This document shows, one piece after another, positions 49,081-58,596 of a stretch of 64,000 bases of DNA. The DNA is from Desulfobacterales bacterium (GTDB lineage: Bacteria; Desulfobacterota; Desulfobacteria; Desulfobacterales; UBA2174): positions 32,001 to 96,000 of the forward strand of contig CAXXWC010000001.1 of NCBI GenBank assembly GCA_963668645.2. The letters run 5' to 3'. Position 1 is the stretch's first letter. Every line of letters begins with the position of its first letter. The position numbers were made by a program, and so were the translations under genes. The notes under the pieces are model-generated. The model searched no databases, was not told the DNA's origin, and was given only the letters and a program-made list of their open reading frames with translations.

Positions 49081-50601
49081 TTGCTGCTGATTGAAAAGAC
49101 ACTGCTGGCCGTGGAAACGGCCGGCGAGGAAATCCGCGCGGCGGTGGTGCGCCGGCGGGCCAAACGCTTCGAGATCGTCGATTTTGCCGCCATGCGGCGG
49201 CCCGACCCGGAAGACGACCTGCCGTCGGTGGACGCGGTCAAGGCCCTGGCCGAGCGGCTGGGTCAGACCGGCGGGCCGGCGGTCTTCGTCACCCCCATGG
49301 CCAGGGCCTTCGATCTGCTGATGGACCGGCAGAAGGCCGCCGGGCTCAAGCATTACCAGCTCGCCGAGGCGGTGCGCTGGGAAGTGGAGCCGTACGCCGG
49401 CATCACCGGCGCCAATGCCCTGGTGGGCGTGGAAGCGGCCCTCCGGCCCGAGCCCCTGCCCGGCGAGGTGGTCTACGAAGACGAAGATGACCAGGCCACC
49501 TTCAACGTCTCGGCCATCGAGCGCAACGTCTACCGGGCCATCCGCGAGCGCTTCCGCGCCGCCGGTTTCAGGCTGCTGCGCATCTACCCGCCAGATGTGA
49601 CCTTCTACATGCCGCTGCTGATGGGGCCGGCTGAAATGGCCCGGGCGATTCTCGAGGTAGGGCCGGACTATTCCAACTTCGCCCTCGTGCGCGGCGGGAT
49701 GCCCGAACAGATCAACACCCTGAGCCTGAGCATCGAAACGATCCGCGCCCACCTGGCAGGAGATGCATTATCCCGGGACCTGGAAGAGTCGATGGCCTTC
49801 ACCGGACGCCAGGTGCCGGGGCCCGAACCGCTGGTGATCTCCGGACCGGGGGCCGCCGACGAAGCGGTGGTCGACTTTGTGGCCGGTTTCTGTGCCTACG
49901 GAGCCCAGCCTCTGGAACTGTCGCGGTCCGCAGGCATCGCCGACGCCCGCTCCAACCCGGCTCACGCGGCCTACGGCACCGTGGTGGGAGCCGCTGTGCG
50001 CGAGCTTTCCGGACGCAGCGGCCGGCGGCTGGGCATCGACGACCGGGTGGCCCTGGCCCTGCGCCTGAAGAACAGCGCCTACATCGCCCCCCTGGCCACC
50101 GTGATGTTTCTGGTGGCCCTGCTCTTCGGCCACTATTTCTGGATGAAGCACAAAGACCAAGTTTACCGCAAGCGGATTGACACCCTCACCGCCCAGGTCA
50201 AACAGCGAAAGGCCGAAGTAGACAAGTACGAAGCCCTGATCAAGGAATCCGAAAAAATCCAGAAGCAGATCACCTTCGCCCAAAAGCGCATCGCCTTCAT
50301 GGAGGGGGAGGCCGACACGGTCCTGATCCGCACGATCGAGACCCTCAACGGCATCGCCCGGGCCGTGGACAGCGGCATCGTGCTCACCTCGGTGGTCCAA
50401 CCGGCCCGGCAACCTAAGGGCGAGCGGGTGGACTATGGGCTCTGCGGCCTGGCCCGGGATCTGGCGGCGGTGAGCGGACTGGCCGAGCGGCTCCAGGCCG
50501 AGCCATGGTGCGAGGCGGCGGTAATGCGCAAGCTGGCCCGATCGCAGGCCGGGGGAGTCGATTTCGAGATCGCGCTGACCCTGCGTGGCGAGGCCGGATG
50601 A
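49081..50601 (+). CDS. PilM-PilN-like fusion (GspL-like architecture)
   Basis: Cytoplasmic actin-like region (AVRWEVEPY, FRAAGF, LEVG, ISGPGA), one TM, coiled coil and a PilN-like C-terminus. Confidence 0.65.
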   Translation: MLLIEKTLLAVETAGEEIRAAVVRRRAKRFEIVDFAAMRRPDPEDDLPSVDAVKALAERLGQTGGPAVFVTPMARAFDLLMDRQKAAGLKHYQLAEAVRWEVEPYAGITGANALVGVEAALRPEPLPGEVVYEDEDDQATFNVSAIERNVYRAIRERFRAAGFRLLRIYPPDVTFYMPLLMGPAEMARAILEVGPDYSNFALVRGGMPEQINTLSLSIETIRAHLAGDALSRDLEESMAFTGRQVPGPEPLVISGPGAADEAVVDFVAGFCAYGAQPLELSRSAGIADARSNPAHAAYGTVVGAAVRELSGRSGRRLGIDDRVALALRLKNSAYIAPLATVMFLVALLFGHYFWMKHKDQVYRKRIDTLTAQVKQRKAEVDKYEALIKESEKIQKQITFAQKRIAFMEGEADTVLIRTIETLNGIARAVDSGIVLTSVVQPARQPKGERVDYGLCGLARDLAAVSGLAERLQAEPWCEAAVMRKLARSQAGGVDFEIALTLRGEAG

Positions 50602-51134
50602 GAAAGCTGACCCGTTTCGAGAAGTTCGGCCTGATGGCGGCCCTGATCGTGGCTTGCACCTTCTTTTACGTGAAGCGGGTCTACGAACCCCAGGAAAAGC
50701 GCCTCAAGAAGACCGTGGCCATGCTCAACAAGGTGGTCGGCGAGGTCAACAACCTCAACCAGTCCCCCTCTGCCGCCGCGGTGGAGCGCACCTTGAAACA
50801 GCGTGAAAAGCGCCTGGCTGACCTTAATGCCCAACTCGCGCGCACCGCGGTGCGCACCGGCGCGGTGCGCGAGGTCACGGCCCTGCTGGCCGACATCAAC
50901 CGCCTGATCGAGGATCACCGCCTGGTGGTGGACACCGTGGTCCCCAAGGGAACAGTGAAAGGCGAGCTTTTCGACTGGAACGTGTTTGCCGTCGATATGC
51001 ACGGGACCTTTTTCGACTTTGTATCTTTATTGGAAACCCTCAGGGACCTGGAGGACCCGGTTTGCATCGAAGCGATCCGCCTGGAGGCCGCGGGCGAGCC
51101 GGGACTGCACATTACCCTGAACCTGATGATCTGA
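50598..51134 (+). CDS. PilO/GspM-like protein
   Basis: N-terminal TM, coiled coil, EVTALLADI and GTFFDFVSLLETL; position in operon. Confidence 0.7.
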   Translation: MRKLTRFEKFGLMAALIVACTFFYVKRVYEPQEKRLKKTVAMLNKVVGEVNNLNQSPSAAAVERTLKQREKRLADLNAQLARTAVRTGAVREVTALLADINRLIEDHRLVVDTVVPKGTVKGELFDWNVFAVDMHGTFFDFVSLLETLRDLEDPVCIEAIRLEAAGEPGLHITLNLMI

Positions 51135-51154
51135 ATCCGGAGGTATGTCCTGTC

Positions 51155-51535
51155 ATGATGCGGTGGGTATGGCGGCCGTGGGCCGCGATGATACTGGTGA
51201 CGATGCTTGCACTTGGGCCGGCCCCGGCGGCCGCGGGCCAGGAGGCTAAACGCAGCCCCTTTCAGGCTCCGCCGCAACAGAGCGCCGATGCACCGCGCAA
51301 CTTCGAGCAGGCCATCCGCATGGTGAAGCTGCGCGGCATCGTGGACACGGAAGACTTCAGCCGGGTTCTGGTACAACTCGGCCCGGAGCCGGATTTTGTC
51401 GTTTTCGCCCCCGGGGACCGCATCAGTCTGGATTTTACCGGGGTCCCCCACGGCTTCACCGTTGAACGGATCGGCGCCCGGAGCGTCGTGTTCAAGGACG
51501 CCAGGGGTGAAACCCACGAGGTCGTACTGCCATGA
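51155..51535 (+). CDS. PilP/GspC-like protein
   Basis: Signal peptide, RSPF, VKLRGIV, PGD and VERI..RSV; lies between the PilO-like gene and the secretin. Confidence 0.6.
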   Translation: MMRWVWRPWAAMILVTMLALGPAPAAAGQEAKRSPFQAPPQQSADAPRNFEQAIRMVKLRGIVDTEDFSRVLVQLGPEPDFVVFAPGDRISLDFTGVPHGFTVERIGARSVVFKDARGETHEVVLP

Positions 51536-53298
51536 AAAAATCTTTTCTCGTCTGGGGGGTAGCCGCGGTCCTGGTACTGGCCGGCTGCACTTCGGGCCTC
51601 CAGGACCGCCTCAAGCCCCTCGATCCCGGGTTTGCCACCCGACCGCCAGCTCCGCAAACGACCCTGGCACCGATTCCGGACGACGGCCCGCCCCTGGTGC
51701 GGATCATCAAGGGCACGACTGTGGAAAGCATTGCCGAGGCCGAACGGCTGGTGGCCGAGAAGGCCGCGGCGACGACCCGTCCCAGGGGTTTGCAGACCCG
51801 CCTGCGCAGCCTGGTGCTGCGCGGCGTGCCGGTGCGCCGCATCGCCGAACTTCTTACCGAGACAGGCGGGATCAACGTGCTGGCCACCGACGCGGTGGCA
51901 TCGCGGCCCATCGATATCCTGCTGCGCAACATGCCTCTCCAGGATGCCGTGGACGCCATCTGCCGGCTCAACGATCTGTGGTACCGGCAGGGCGAGGGGA
52001 TCGTAACCCTCATGAGCCGCGAAGAGTACCTGCACGATCTCACTTTGCGCCGCAGCGAGCAGACCCGCGCCTTTAATGTGCGTTACACCAACGCCGCCGA
52101 CATGGCCAAGGTGATCAAGGCGGCCATGGGCGACCAGGTGCGACTGGCAGTGATCGAAGACGAGAAGATTTACGGGCATATCGACCCCGAGGAAGAAGCG
52201 GAGGTGGACTCCGCAACGACCAAAACCGGCCAGAGCCTGGCCGTTTCCGTAGCCGATGAGGCCGCGTCGGTGATTCCCCGCGCCGGTGCCGCTAAAAAGA
52301 CTGCGGCGAACGACGAGAAGCCGACCCTGGCGATCCTGACCGTCTTCAAGCGCAACAACTGCATCGTGGCCCGCTCCCTGGACGGGGCACTGCTCAACGA
52401 AATGGCGGGAATCGTTTCCGCCCTGGATACGCCCACCAGCCAGGTACTGCTCGAGGTGCGCATCCTGCAGCTCACCTTGGACGACGATTTCCAGAGCTTT
52501 TTCGAATTCGGCCACGACGAATCCGGCTCGAGCGGGGTTACCGGTTCCTACACCACAGGTCTGGGGTTGCTGGATGCGGGCAGTATCAGCTCCACGAGCC
52601 TCGACTTCGTTCTCGACGGCGCCAAGCTCGACGCGCGCATCGCCCTATACAAGAAGCTGGGACGTGCCGAGATCATCTCCACCCCCTTTCTTATGGCGGC
52701 TAACAACAGCAAGGTGGAATTCTTTGTAGGCACTGAAACGCCCCTGCGCGACGACGTGAGCACCCAGACTGTGGCCATCGGCGACACCGGTGAGACCATG
52801 ACCACCTTCGACGTGGACATCAAACGCGAGGAGCTGGGCACCGATGTGGAGATGACCACCTTCATCAACGAGGACGGCACAGTGACCCTGGAGATCGAGG
52901 CCGAGATCTCCACGGCCAGCCTCAACTTCTCCACGGTCCAGGTGGTCAACGAAATAACGGGCCAGGTTCTCGATTTTCCCATCGATGGGGTCGACAAGAG
53001 CGAAATCAAGTCGATCCTCTCGGCGCGTTCGGGCCAGTCCATCGCCATCGGCGGGATCATCCGCGAAACGGTGGACGACAGCGAGACCAAGGTACCGGTC
53101 CTGGGTGACCTGCCCCTGATAGGCGCCCTGTTCCGCAAAACGGGCGACACCAAGCAGAAGACCGAGACCGTCATCATCCTCACCCCCCATGTCATCGCCC
53201 ATCCGGCCCTGGCCGGGGATGTCTCGGACCGCTTCCTGGGCCGCAAAAGCTCCCACGGCCAGATCGTCGAGGGCAAGGAGAACATCATTGGCGACTGA
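51532..53298 (+). CDS. Secretin (GspD/PilQ family) with lipoprotein signal
   Basis: LAGC lipobox; LDTP..QVLLEVRI, IISTP, GQSIAIGGI, KVPVLGDLPLIGALFR and IILTPHV. Confidence 0.9.
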   Translation: MKKSFLVWGVAAVLVLAGCTSGLQDRLKPLDPGFATRPPAPQTTLAPIPDDGPPLVRIIKGTTVESIAEAERLVAEKAAATTRPRGLQTRLRSLVLRGVPVRRIAELLTETGGINVLATDAVASRPIDILLRNMPLQDAVDAICRLNDLWYRQGEGIVTLMSREEYLHDLTLRRSEQTRAFNVRYTNAADMAKVIKAAMGDQVRLAVIEDEKIYGHIDPEEEAEVDSATTKTGQSLAVSVADEAASVIPRAGAAKKTAANDEKPTLAILTVFKRNNCIVARSLDGALLNEMAGIVSALDTPTSQVLLEVRILQLTLDDDFQSFFEFGHDESGSSGVTGSYTTGLGLLDAGSISSTSLDFVLDGAKLDARIALYKKLGRAEIISTPFLMAANNSKVEFFVGTETPLRDDVSTQTVAIGDTGETMTTFDVDIKREELGTDVEMTTFINEDGTVTLEIEAEISTASLNFSTVQVVNEITGQVLDFPIDGVDKSEIKSILSARSGQSIAIGGIIRETVDDSETKVPVLGDLPLIGALFRKTGDTKQKTETVIILTPHVIAHPALAGDVSDRFLGRKSSHGQIVEGKENIIGD

Positions 53299-54442
53299 AG
53301 CCGGCCACGCCTGCGACCGCCCGCTGCCGGGCGGAGCGCGACCCTCCAACATGACCGCGCTGTTTCGCGAGACCCTGCGACGCAAGGCCTCGGATCTGCA
53401 TCTGACCGCTGACATGCCGCCGGTGTTCCGGGTCAAAGGCGAACTGACCTTCATGAACTGCGACCCGTACCGCCCGGCCGAGATCGCCGGGCTGCTGGAC
53501 GAGATTCTCACCGCTCGGCACCGGGAGGTGCTCGATCGCAACAAGGCTGTGGATTTCGCCCTGAGCCTGACGGGTGTGGGGCGCTTTCGCATTGCGGCCT
53601 TTTTTCAGCGCGGGGCCCTGAGCGTGGCGGTGCGCCTGCTGGCCGACGGAATCCCGAGCTTCGCCGGCCTCGGCCTGCCGGAAACCATCGCCGAGCTGTC
53701 CCGGCTGCGTGACGGGCTGGTGCTAATCACCGGGGTGACCGGCTCGGGCAAGTCCACCACCCTGGCCACCATCGTGGACGACATCAACGCCCGCAGCCGG
53801 CGCAACATCATCACCATCGAGGACCCCATCGAGTACGTGCACCACAACAATCACTGCGTGATCCACCAGCGGGAACTGCACACCGACGTGCCCTCCTTTG
53901 CCGAGGCTCTGCGCGACGCGCTGCGGGCCGATCCGGACGTGATCCTGGTGGGCGAGATGCGCGACCTGGAAACCATGCGCACCGCCATCATGGCCGCCGA
54001 AACCGGGCATCTGGTTTTTTCCACCCTCCATTCGCGCGACTGTATCTCCACCGTCAACCGCCTGGTGGGGGCCTTTCCGGCCGGCGAACAAGCCCAGATC
54101 CGCCAGCAGCTCGCCGCCACCCTGCGGGCCGTGATGTCCCAGCGCCTGCTGCCCAACGCGGCCGGCACCGGCCGGGTGCCGGGCGTGGAGATCATGATCG
54201 GCACCCCGGGGATCGCCAACCTGATCCGCCAGGGCAAGGACGACATGATCTACTCGGCCATCGAAACCGGCGGACAATTCGGAATGCAGACCATGGAACA
54301 GTGCCTGGCGCGACTTATCAGCGAGGGCAAGATCGGCATGGACGCCGGGCTGGCCGCGGCCCGCAACGAAAACCTGCTGCGTCAACGCATGGCCGGGCGG
54401 CGCGGCGGCCTGCCGCAGCCGCTGCGGACCGAAAGGCGCTAG
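53288..54442 (+). CDS. pilT: PilT/PilU-family pilus retraction ATPase
   Basis: ASDLHL, GVTGSGKSTT, TIEDPIE, ALRADPDVILVGEMRD, AETGHLVFSTLH and GMQTM; start TTG 53288 (alternative ATG 53351). Confidence 0.88.
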   Translation: MATEAGHACDRPLPGGARPSNMTALFRETLRRKASDLHLTADMPPVFRVKGELTFMNCDPYRPAEIAGLLDEILTARHREVLDRNKAVDFALSLTGVGRFRIAAFFQRGALSVAVRLLADGIPSFAGLGLPETIAELSRLRDGLVLITGVTGSGKSTTLATIVDDINARSRRNIITIEDPIEYVHHNNHCVIHQRELHTDVPSFAEALRDALRADPDVILVGEMRDLETMRTAIMAAETGHLVFSTLHSRDCISTVNRLVGAFPAGEQAQIRQQLAATLRAVMSQRLLPNAAGTGRVPGVEIMIGTPGIANLIRQGKDDMIYSAIETGGQFGMQTMEQCLARLISEGKIGMDAGLAAARNENLLRQRMAGRRGGLPQPLRTERR

Positions 54443-54449
54443 ACGACCC

Positions 54450-56096
54450 GTGGCACGCATGGAACGCTTCGGAGAATTCCTGGTGGACAAGGGAGCCATC
54501 ACCCGCGAGACCCTCACCCGCCTGCTGGCCAACCAGCGCATGGTGCGCGAACGGATCGGCACCCTGGCGGTGCGTGAAGGGCTTCTGGACGAGGACCAGC
54601 TCACAGCTCATCTATCCGATTTTTTTGGCATTCCCCTGTTCACTGATGCGGTGGAGCAAATCGAGAGAGGGATCATTGCCGCCATCCCGTCCAAGATTGC
54701 CCTGAAGGTCAATGTTCTGCCGGTGGGCAGCGGGCCGGCCGGCGAACTGCTCCTGGCCTGCACCGGTCCCCTGCCCCGATCGATGATGCAGACCATTTCC
54801 CGTCTGGCCAAGCGCCAGGTGCGCCTGGTGCTCACCTCACCGCGCAAGCTGCGGCGGATGCAGCACCTCTTTCTGAGCCGCCAGTTCGACACCACGATCC
54901 ACCTCGATCGGCGCATCGAGGTGGAGGAAACCGGTTTCATCGTGGAACTGTTCGAAAAGCTCATGGTACGCGCCATCAACCAAGGGGCTTCGGATATTCA
55001 CCTGGAGCCGGAAGAAGACGCCCTGATCGTGCGGCTGCGGGTTGACGGGATGCTGCGCCAGACCGAACGGCTGCCCGCCGATCTTGGCCCCAAGCTGGTC
55101 TCACGGGTCAAGGTGGTCAGCGGCATGGATATCGCCGAACGGCGCAAACCCCAGGACGGCGCCTTCCGCTTCGCCCCCCAGGTGCTGGATATCGACATCG
55201 AGGGGGTCAACGTGCGGGTCAACACCCTGCCGACGGTCCACGGCGAAAAGGCGGTGCTCAGACTCCTGCCGCCCCACGACGAGGCCATCTCCCTGAACGG
55301 CCTCGGCATGGCCCCGGCCGCACTCGAGGTTTTCACCACCCACCTGAAGCTTCCCTACGGGATTGTACTGGTCACCGGGCCCACCGGTTCGGGGAAATCG
55401 ACCACCCTGTACGGCGCTTTGCAGATGCTGCGCAACGAGACGTGCAACATCACCACCATCGAGGACCCGGTGGAGCTGACGGTCAGCGGGGTCAACCAGA
55501 CCCAGGTGGACACCGGCGAAAAAATCTCCTTTGCCGCGGCCCTGCGGGCCATCCTGCGCCAGGACCCGGACATCATCATGGTGGGCGAGATCCGCGACGG
55601 CGAGACCCTCTCCATCGCCCTGCGGGCTGCCATCACCGGCCATCTGGTGCTCTCCACCCTGCACACCAACGACGCTTCGGCCGCCTTTTCGCGCATGACC
55701 GACATGGGCGCCGAACCGTACCTGGTGGCCGCTGCGGTGCGCGCCGTGCTGGCCCAGCGTCTGGTACGCGTAGTATGCGCCGAGTGCGGCCGGTGGCAGC
55801 CGATCACGGCGGCCGAGATGCATATGCTGGGCATCGGCCCCGGGTCTTTCGACGTACGGCGCGGCGCCGGCTGCGAGCACTGCCACCTGGGCTACCGGGG
55901 CCGCCGGGGAATTTTCGAGTTTCTGCCGGTGGACGACGCCCTGCGCCAGCTCGTGATGCAGCGCGCCTCCCTGGACGAACTGCGGCGTTTTGCCCTGGCC
56001 CGCGAGGGATTCGTCTCCCTGCGCGCCGACGGCCTTTCCAAGGTGCGCGAGGGGATCACGACCCCCGAGGAGATCATGCGTGTGACCCTCGATTAG
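54450..56096 (+). CDS. GspE/PilB-family assembly ATPase
   Basis: MshEN-like N-terminus (RFGEFLV..G, RIG.L.V..GLL), ASDIHLEP, GPTGSGKST, LRQDPDIIMVGEIRD and CxxC...CxxC Zn motif. Confidence 0.92.
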   Translation: MARMERFGEFLVDKGAITRETLTRLLANQRMVRERIGTLAVREGLLDEDQLTAHLSDFFGIPLFTDAVEQIERGIIAAIPSKIALKVNVLPVGSGPAGELLLACTGPLPRSMMQTISRLAKRQVRLVLTSPRKLRRMQHLFLSRQFDTTIHLDRRIEVEETGFIVELFEKLMVRAINQGASDIHLEPEEDALIVRLRVDGMLRQTERLPADLGPKLVSRVKVVSGMDIAERRKPQDGAFRFAPQVLDIDIEGVNVRVNTLPTVHGEKAVLRLLPPHDEAISLNGLGMAPAALEVFTTHLKLPYGIVLVTGPTGSGKSTTLYGALQMLRNETCNITTIEDPVELTVSGVNQTQVDTGEKISFAAALRAILRQDPDIIMVGEIRDGETLSIALRAAITGHLVLSTLHTNDASAAFSRMTDMGAEPYLVAAAVRAVLAQRLVRVVCAECGRWQPITAAEMHMLGIGPGSFDVRRGAGCEHCHLGYRGRRGIFEFLPVDDALRQLVMQRASLDELRRFALAREGFVSLRADGLSKVREGITTPEEIMRVTLD

Positions 56097-56120
56097 GCGG
56101 GGCCAATGGGTCAATCATCC

Positions 56121-56165
56121 GTCCCTTTGGTCCCTTATGTCCTTTTAGTCTCTTATGTCATTTTC
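56121..56165. repeat. 5 x 9-bp degenerate tandem repeat
   Basis: GTCCCTTTG-GTCCCTTAT-GTCCTTTTA-GTCTCTTAT-GTCATTTTC. Confidence 0.7.
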
Positions 56166-56193
56166 AGCTTAACGAGGAACCGCTCACCAACCC

Positions 56194-57306
56194 ATGCCGA
56201 CTTCTAGCTACACTGCGGTCAACAGCGCCGGCCGCCGGATCAAGGACCGCCGCGATGAAAGCCGGACCTTAACCTGGCGCTCGGTCTCCAATCGCGACCG
56301 GATTCTGTTCTTTCGCATGTTCGCGGCCCTCGTGGCCTCGCGCATCCCCATCTCCGAGGCCATCGGAATTCTTTGGACTCAGGCCCAAAGCCGGCGCTTC
56401 AAAAAGGTGCTCTTCGATGTCAAACGCCGCATCGAGGGAGGCATGCCGCTGAGCCAGGCCATGGCGGCCCACCCGCGGATTTTCGGGGAACTGTTGACCA
56501 GCATGGTGGCGGCCGGCGAGTTGGGCGGGATCCTGGACACCGTGCTGGAGCGGATCTGCGACTACCTCGAACGGTGGGCCGCCCTGCGTGCACGATTGAT
56601 CACCAGCATGATCTACCCCACCGTCGTGGTGGTGGCTGCCACGGCGGTGGTGATCTTTCTGGTCACCTTCGTGATTCCCAAGTTCGCCATGATCCTCGGG
56701 GGGCGCAAGCTGCCGGCCAGCACCCAGTTTCTGCTGGACGCCTCCGGTTTTATCACCGGCAACGCCCTGTCTCTGAGCGTCGGGGCCATAGGAACCGTGG
56801 CGGCGCTGATCATGCTGATGATGATCCCCGAGACCCGGGTGGTAATCGACCGCTACAAGATTCACGTACCGCTGGTGGGATCGGTTTTCCGCTTCGGAGT
56901 GGTGGTTCAGTTTGCCACCACCATGGCATCCCTGCTGGAAAGCGGCATCACCCTGGTGGACGCCCTGCAGGCTACGGCCCAAACGGTGACCAACCTCTCG
57001 GTGCGCAGGCAGGTAGAGCGGGTCAACGACCGGGTGCTGGCCGGCGAACCCTTGTCCTCGGCCTTGTCGGGCGACCGCTTCTTTCCCCCCATGGTCATGG
57101 CCATGGTCCAGGTGGGCGAGCACTCGGGGTTGATGGACCAGGCCTGGGCCACGGTGGGCCGCATCCACGAAAAACTGCTGGAAGACAAAATCTCCCGCCT
57201 GAGCGCCATGGTCGAACCGGCCCTGATCATCGTGCTGGGCGGCATCGTCGGCTACGTGGCCTGGGGACTGATCGCGGGGATGCTGGCGATGTATGCCAGC
57301 CATTAG
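56194..57306 (+). CDS. GspF/PilC-family inner membrane platform protein
   Basis: AGELGG.LD.VL, MIYP, FVIPKF, LLESGI, VGEHSG and MVEP motifs. Confidence 0.92.
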   Translation: MPTSSYTAVNSAGRRIKDRRDESRTLTWRSVSNRDRILFFRMFAALVASRIPISEAIGILWTQAQSRRFKKVLFDVKRRIEGGMPLSQAMAAHPRIFGELLTSMVAAGELGGILDTVLERICDYLERWAALRARLITSMIYPTVVVVAATAVVIFLVTFVIPKFAMILGGRKLPASTQFLLDASGFITGNALSLSVGAIGTVAALIMLMMIPETRVVIDRYKIHVPLVGSVFRFGVVVQFATTMASLLESGITLVDALQATAQTVTNLSVRRQVERVNDRVLAGEPLSSALSGDRFFPPMVMAMVQVGEHSGLMDQAWATVGRIHEKLLEDKISRLSAMVEPALIIVLGGIVGYVAWGLIAGMLAMYASH

Positions 57307-57401
57307 GCGGGAAAAAGCGGGGCAGGGTTTGAACGGCCCCGGCTGAACACTGCGCCGACGGCGTCCTAAGCCATGGTGAGCCCTTCAACCTCAGAATCAT
57401 T

Positions 57402-58046
57402 ATGGGAGATGAAATGAAAATGTCGAAAAGATGGATGTGGGCGCCCCTACTGGCGTGCCTGGTGCTGCCGGCGGTTCCGGCCGGCTGTGACCGGGACAGG
57501 AACGCCGACAACGTGGTAGCCCGCTTCGAAGGCGGCCTGCTGACCATGGAGGACCTGGCGTTCCACCGGCGCAAGATGGGATTGGAGTCGCGCTTTCGCC
57601 AACAACCCGGCATGCTCGAGCCGCGCAACGTTTTCGATCACGCCGTGAACATGGAACTGGTCATCGCCAAGGGACTGAAGGAAAAGCTCCACCTCGACCC
57701 GCGCATCCGGGGGGAGATCCACGCCTTCATGGCCGATCTCTTTCTCAAGACGTTGCAGGACCGCCTGGTGCCGAAAATCGACAAGCAGTCCTTCACCGAG
57801 GAGGAAGTCCGGACCTACTTCGACGCCCACCCTGAGGTCTACCGCGGCCAGGATTTCGAGGCCCGAAAGGCCTATGTGCGCAACGACCTGCTCTACGCGC
57901 GCTACCGCGACGCCTGGCAAACGGTTTACGACAGGCTTAAAGCCGAATTCGAACTAAAAGTGGAAGAAGAGAAGCTGGCGCGCTTTCTCGAGGCCGCGCC
58001 GGCTCCGACCGACACCAACCCTCGCCAGACCAAGGAGGCCGGATGA
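57402..58046 (+). CDS. PrsA/SurA-like chaperone lipoprotein lacking the parvulin domain
   Basis: Signal peptide with PAGC lipobox, NVVARF, TEEEVRTYFDAH and FEARKAYVR. Confidence 0.6.
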   Translation: MGDEMKMSKRWMWAPLLACLVLPAVPAGCDRDRNADNVVARFEGGLLTMEDLAFHRRKMGLESRFRQQPGMLEPRNVFDHAVNMELVIAKGLKEKLHLDPRIRGEIHAFMADLFLKTLQDRLVPKIDKQSFTEEEVRTYFDAHPEVYRGQDFEARKAYVRNDLLYARYRDAWQTVYDRLKAEFELKVEEEKLARFLEAAPAPTDTNPRQTKEAG

Positions 58047-58564
58047 AATTTCGCCGTTGGACAATCGCCATGGTAGCCTGTCTCATGGCCCTCATGCTGG
58101 CTGCCCCGGCCTGGGCCCACAGCACCAAGGGGCGGGTCCGAGTCCCGCTGCAAAAGGCCGTGCTCGAAATCGACGATGTGGCTTATTTCTTCGAGTCTTA
58201 CGTTCACCAGGAGTTCTACCGGGATCGCATCGAACCGAGCAGGCGCCGTTTTTATGTCAAGAAATTTCTTCGCATCGACCAGGACGGGCCGATCGCCACG
58301 GTGCACTTTCTGACCCTTGACGTAAAAGAAAAGCGCGACTTTCCCGACCGGATGGAAATCCGCCGCGGCAATGACGACGTGTGGAGCTACACGCCGCCGG
58401 CCGCCGGGGCACCGGTCCCGCTGTACACCTACGTGACAAAGTGGGGCTATTACTATCACAAGGTCGTCTTGCCCGTTTCGATTGCCGGCATCCTGCTGGC
58501 GGCGGCCCTTTTCGGGTGGCTGCGCTTCGTCCGGCGCCGGCCGCGGCCGGCCGGCGAAGGTTGA
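58043..58564 (+). CDS. Hypothetical exported protein with C-terminal membrane anchor
   Basis: Signal peptide AWA|HSTKG; C-terminal TM followed by RRR. Confidence 0.65.
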   Translation: MKFRRWTIAMVACLMALMLAAPAWAHSTKGRVRVPLQKAVLEIDDVAYFFESYVHQEFYRDRIEPSRRRFYVKKFLRIDQDGPIATVHFLTLDVKEKRDFPDRMEIRRGNDDVWSYTPPAAGAPVPLYTYVTKWGYYYHKVVLPVSIAGILLAAALFGWLRFVRRRPRPAGEG

Positions 58565-58596
58565 AGAATGGGGGGCGCCATCGGGATGTTTCTGTG

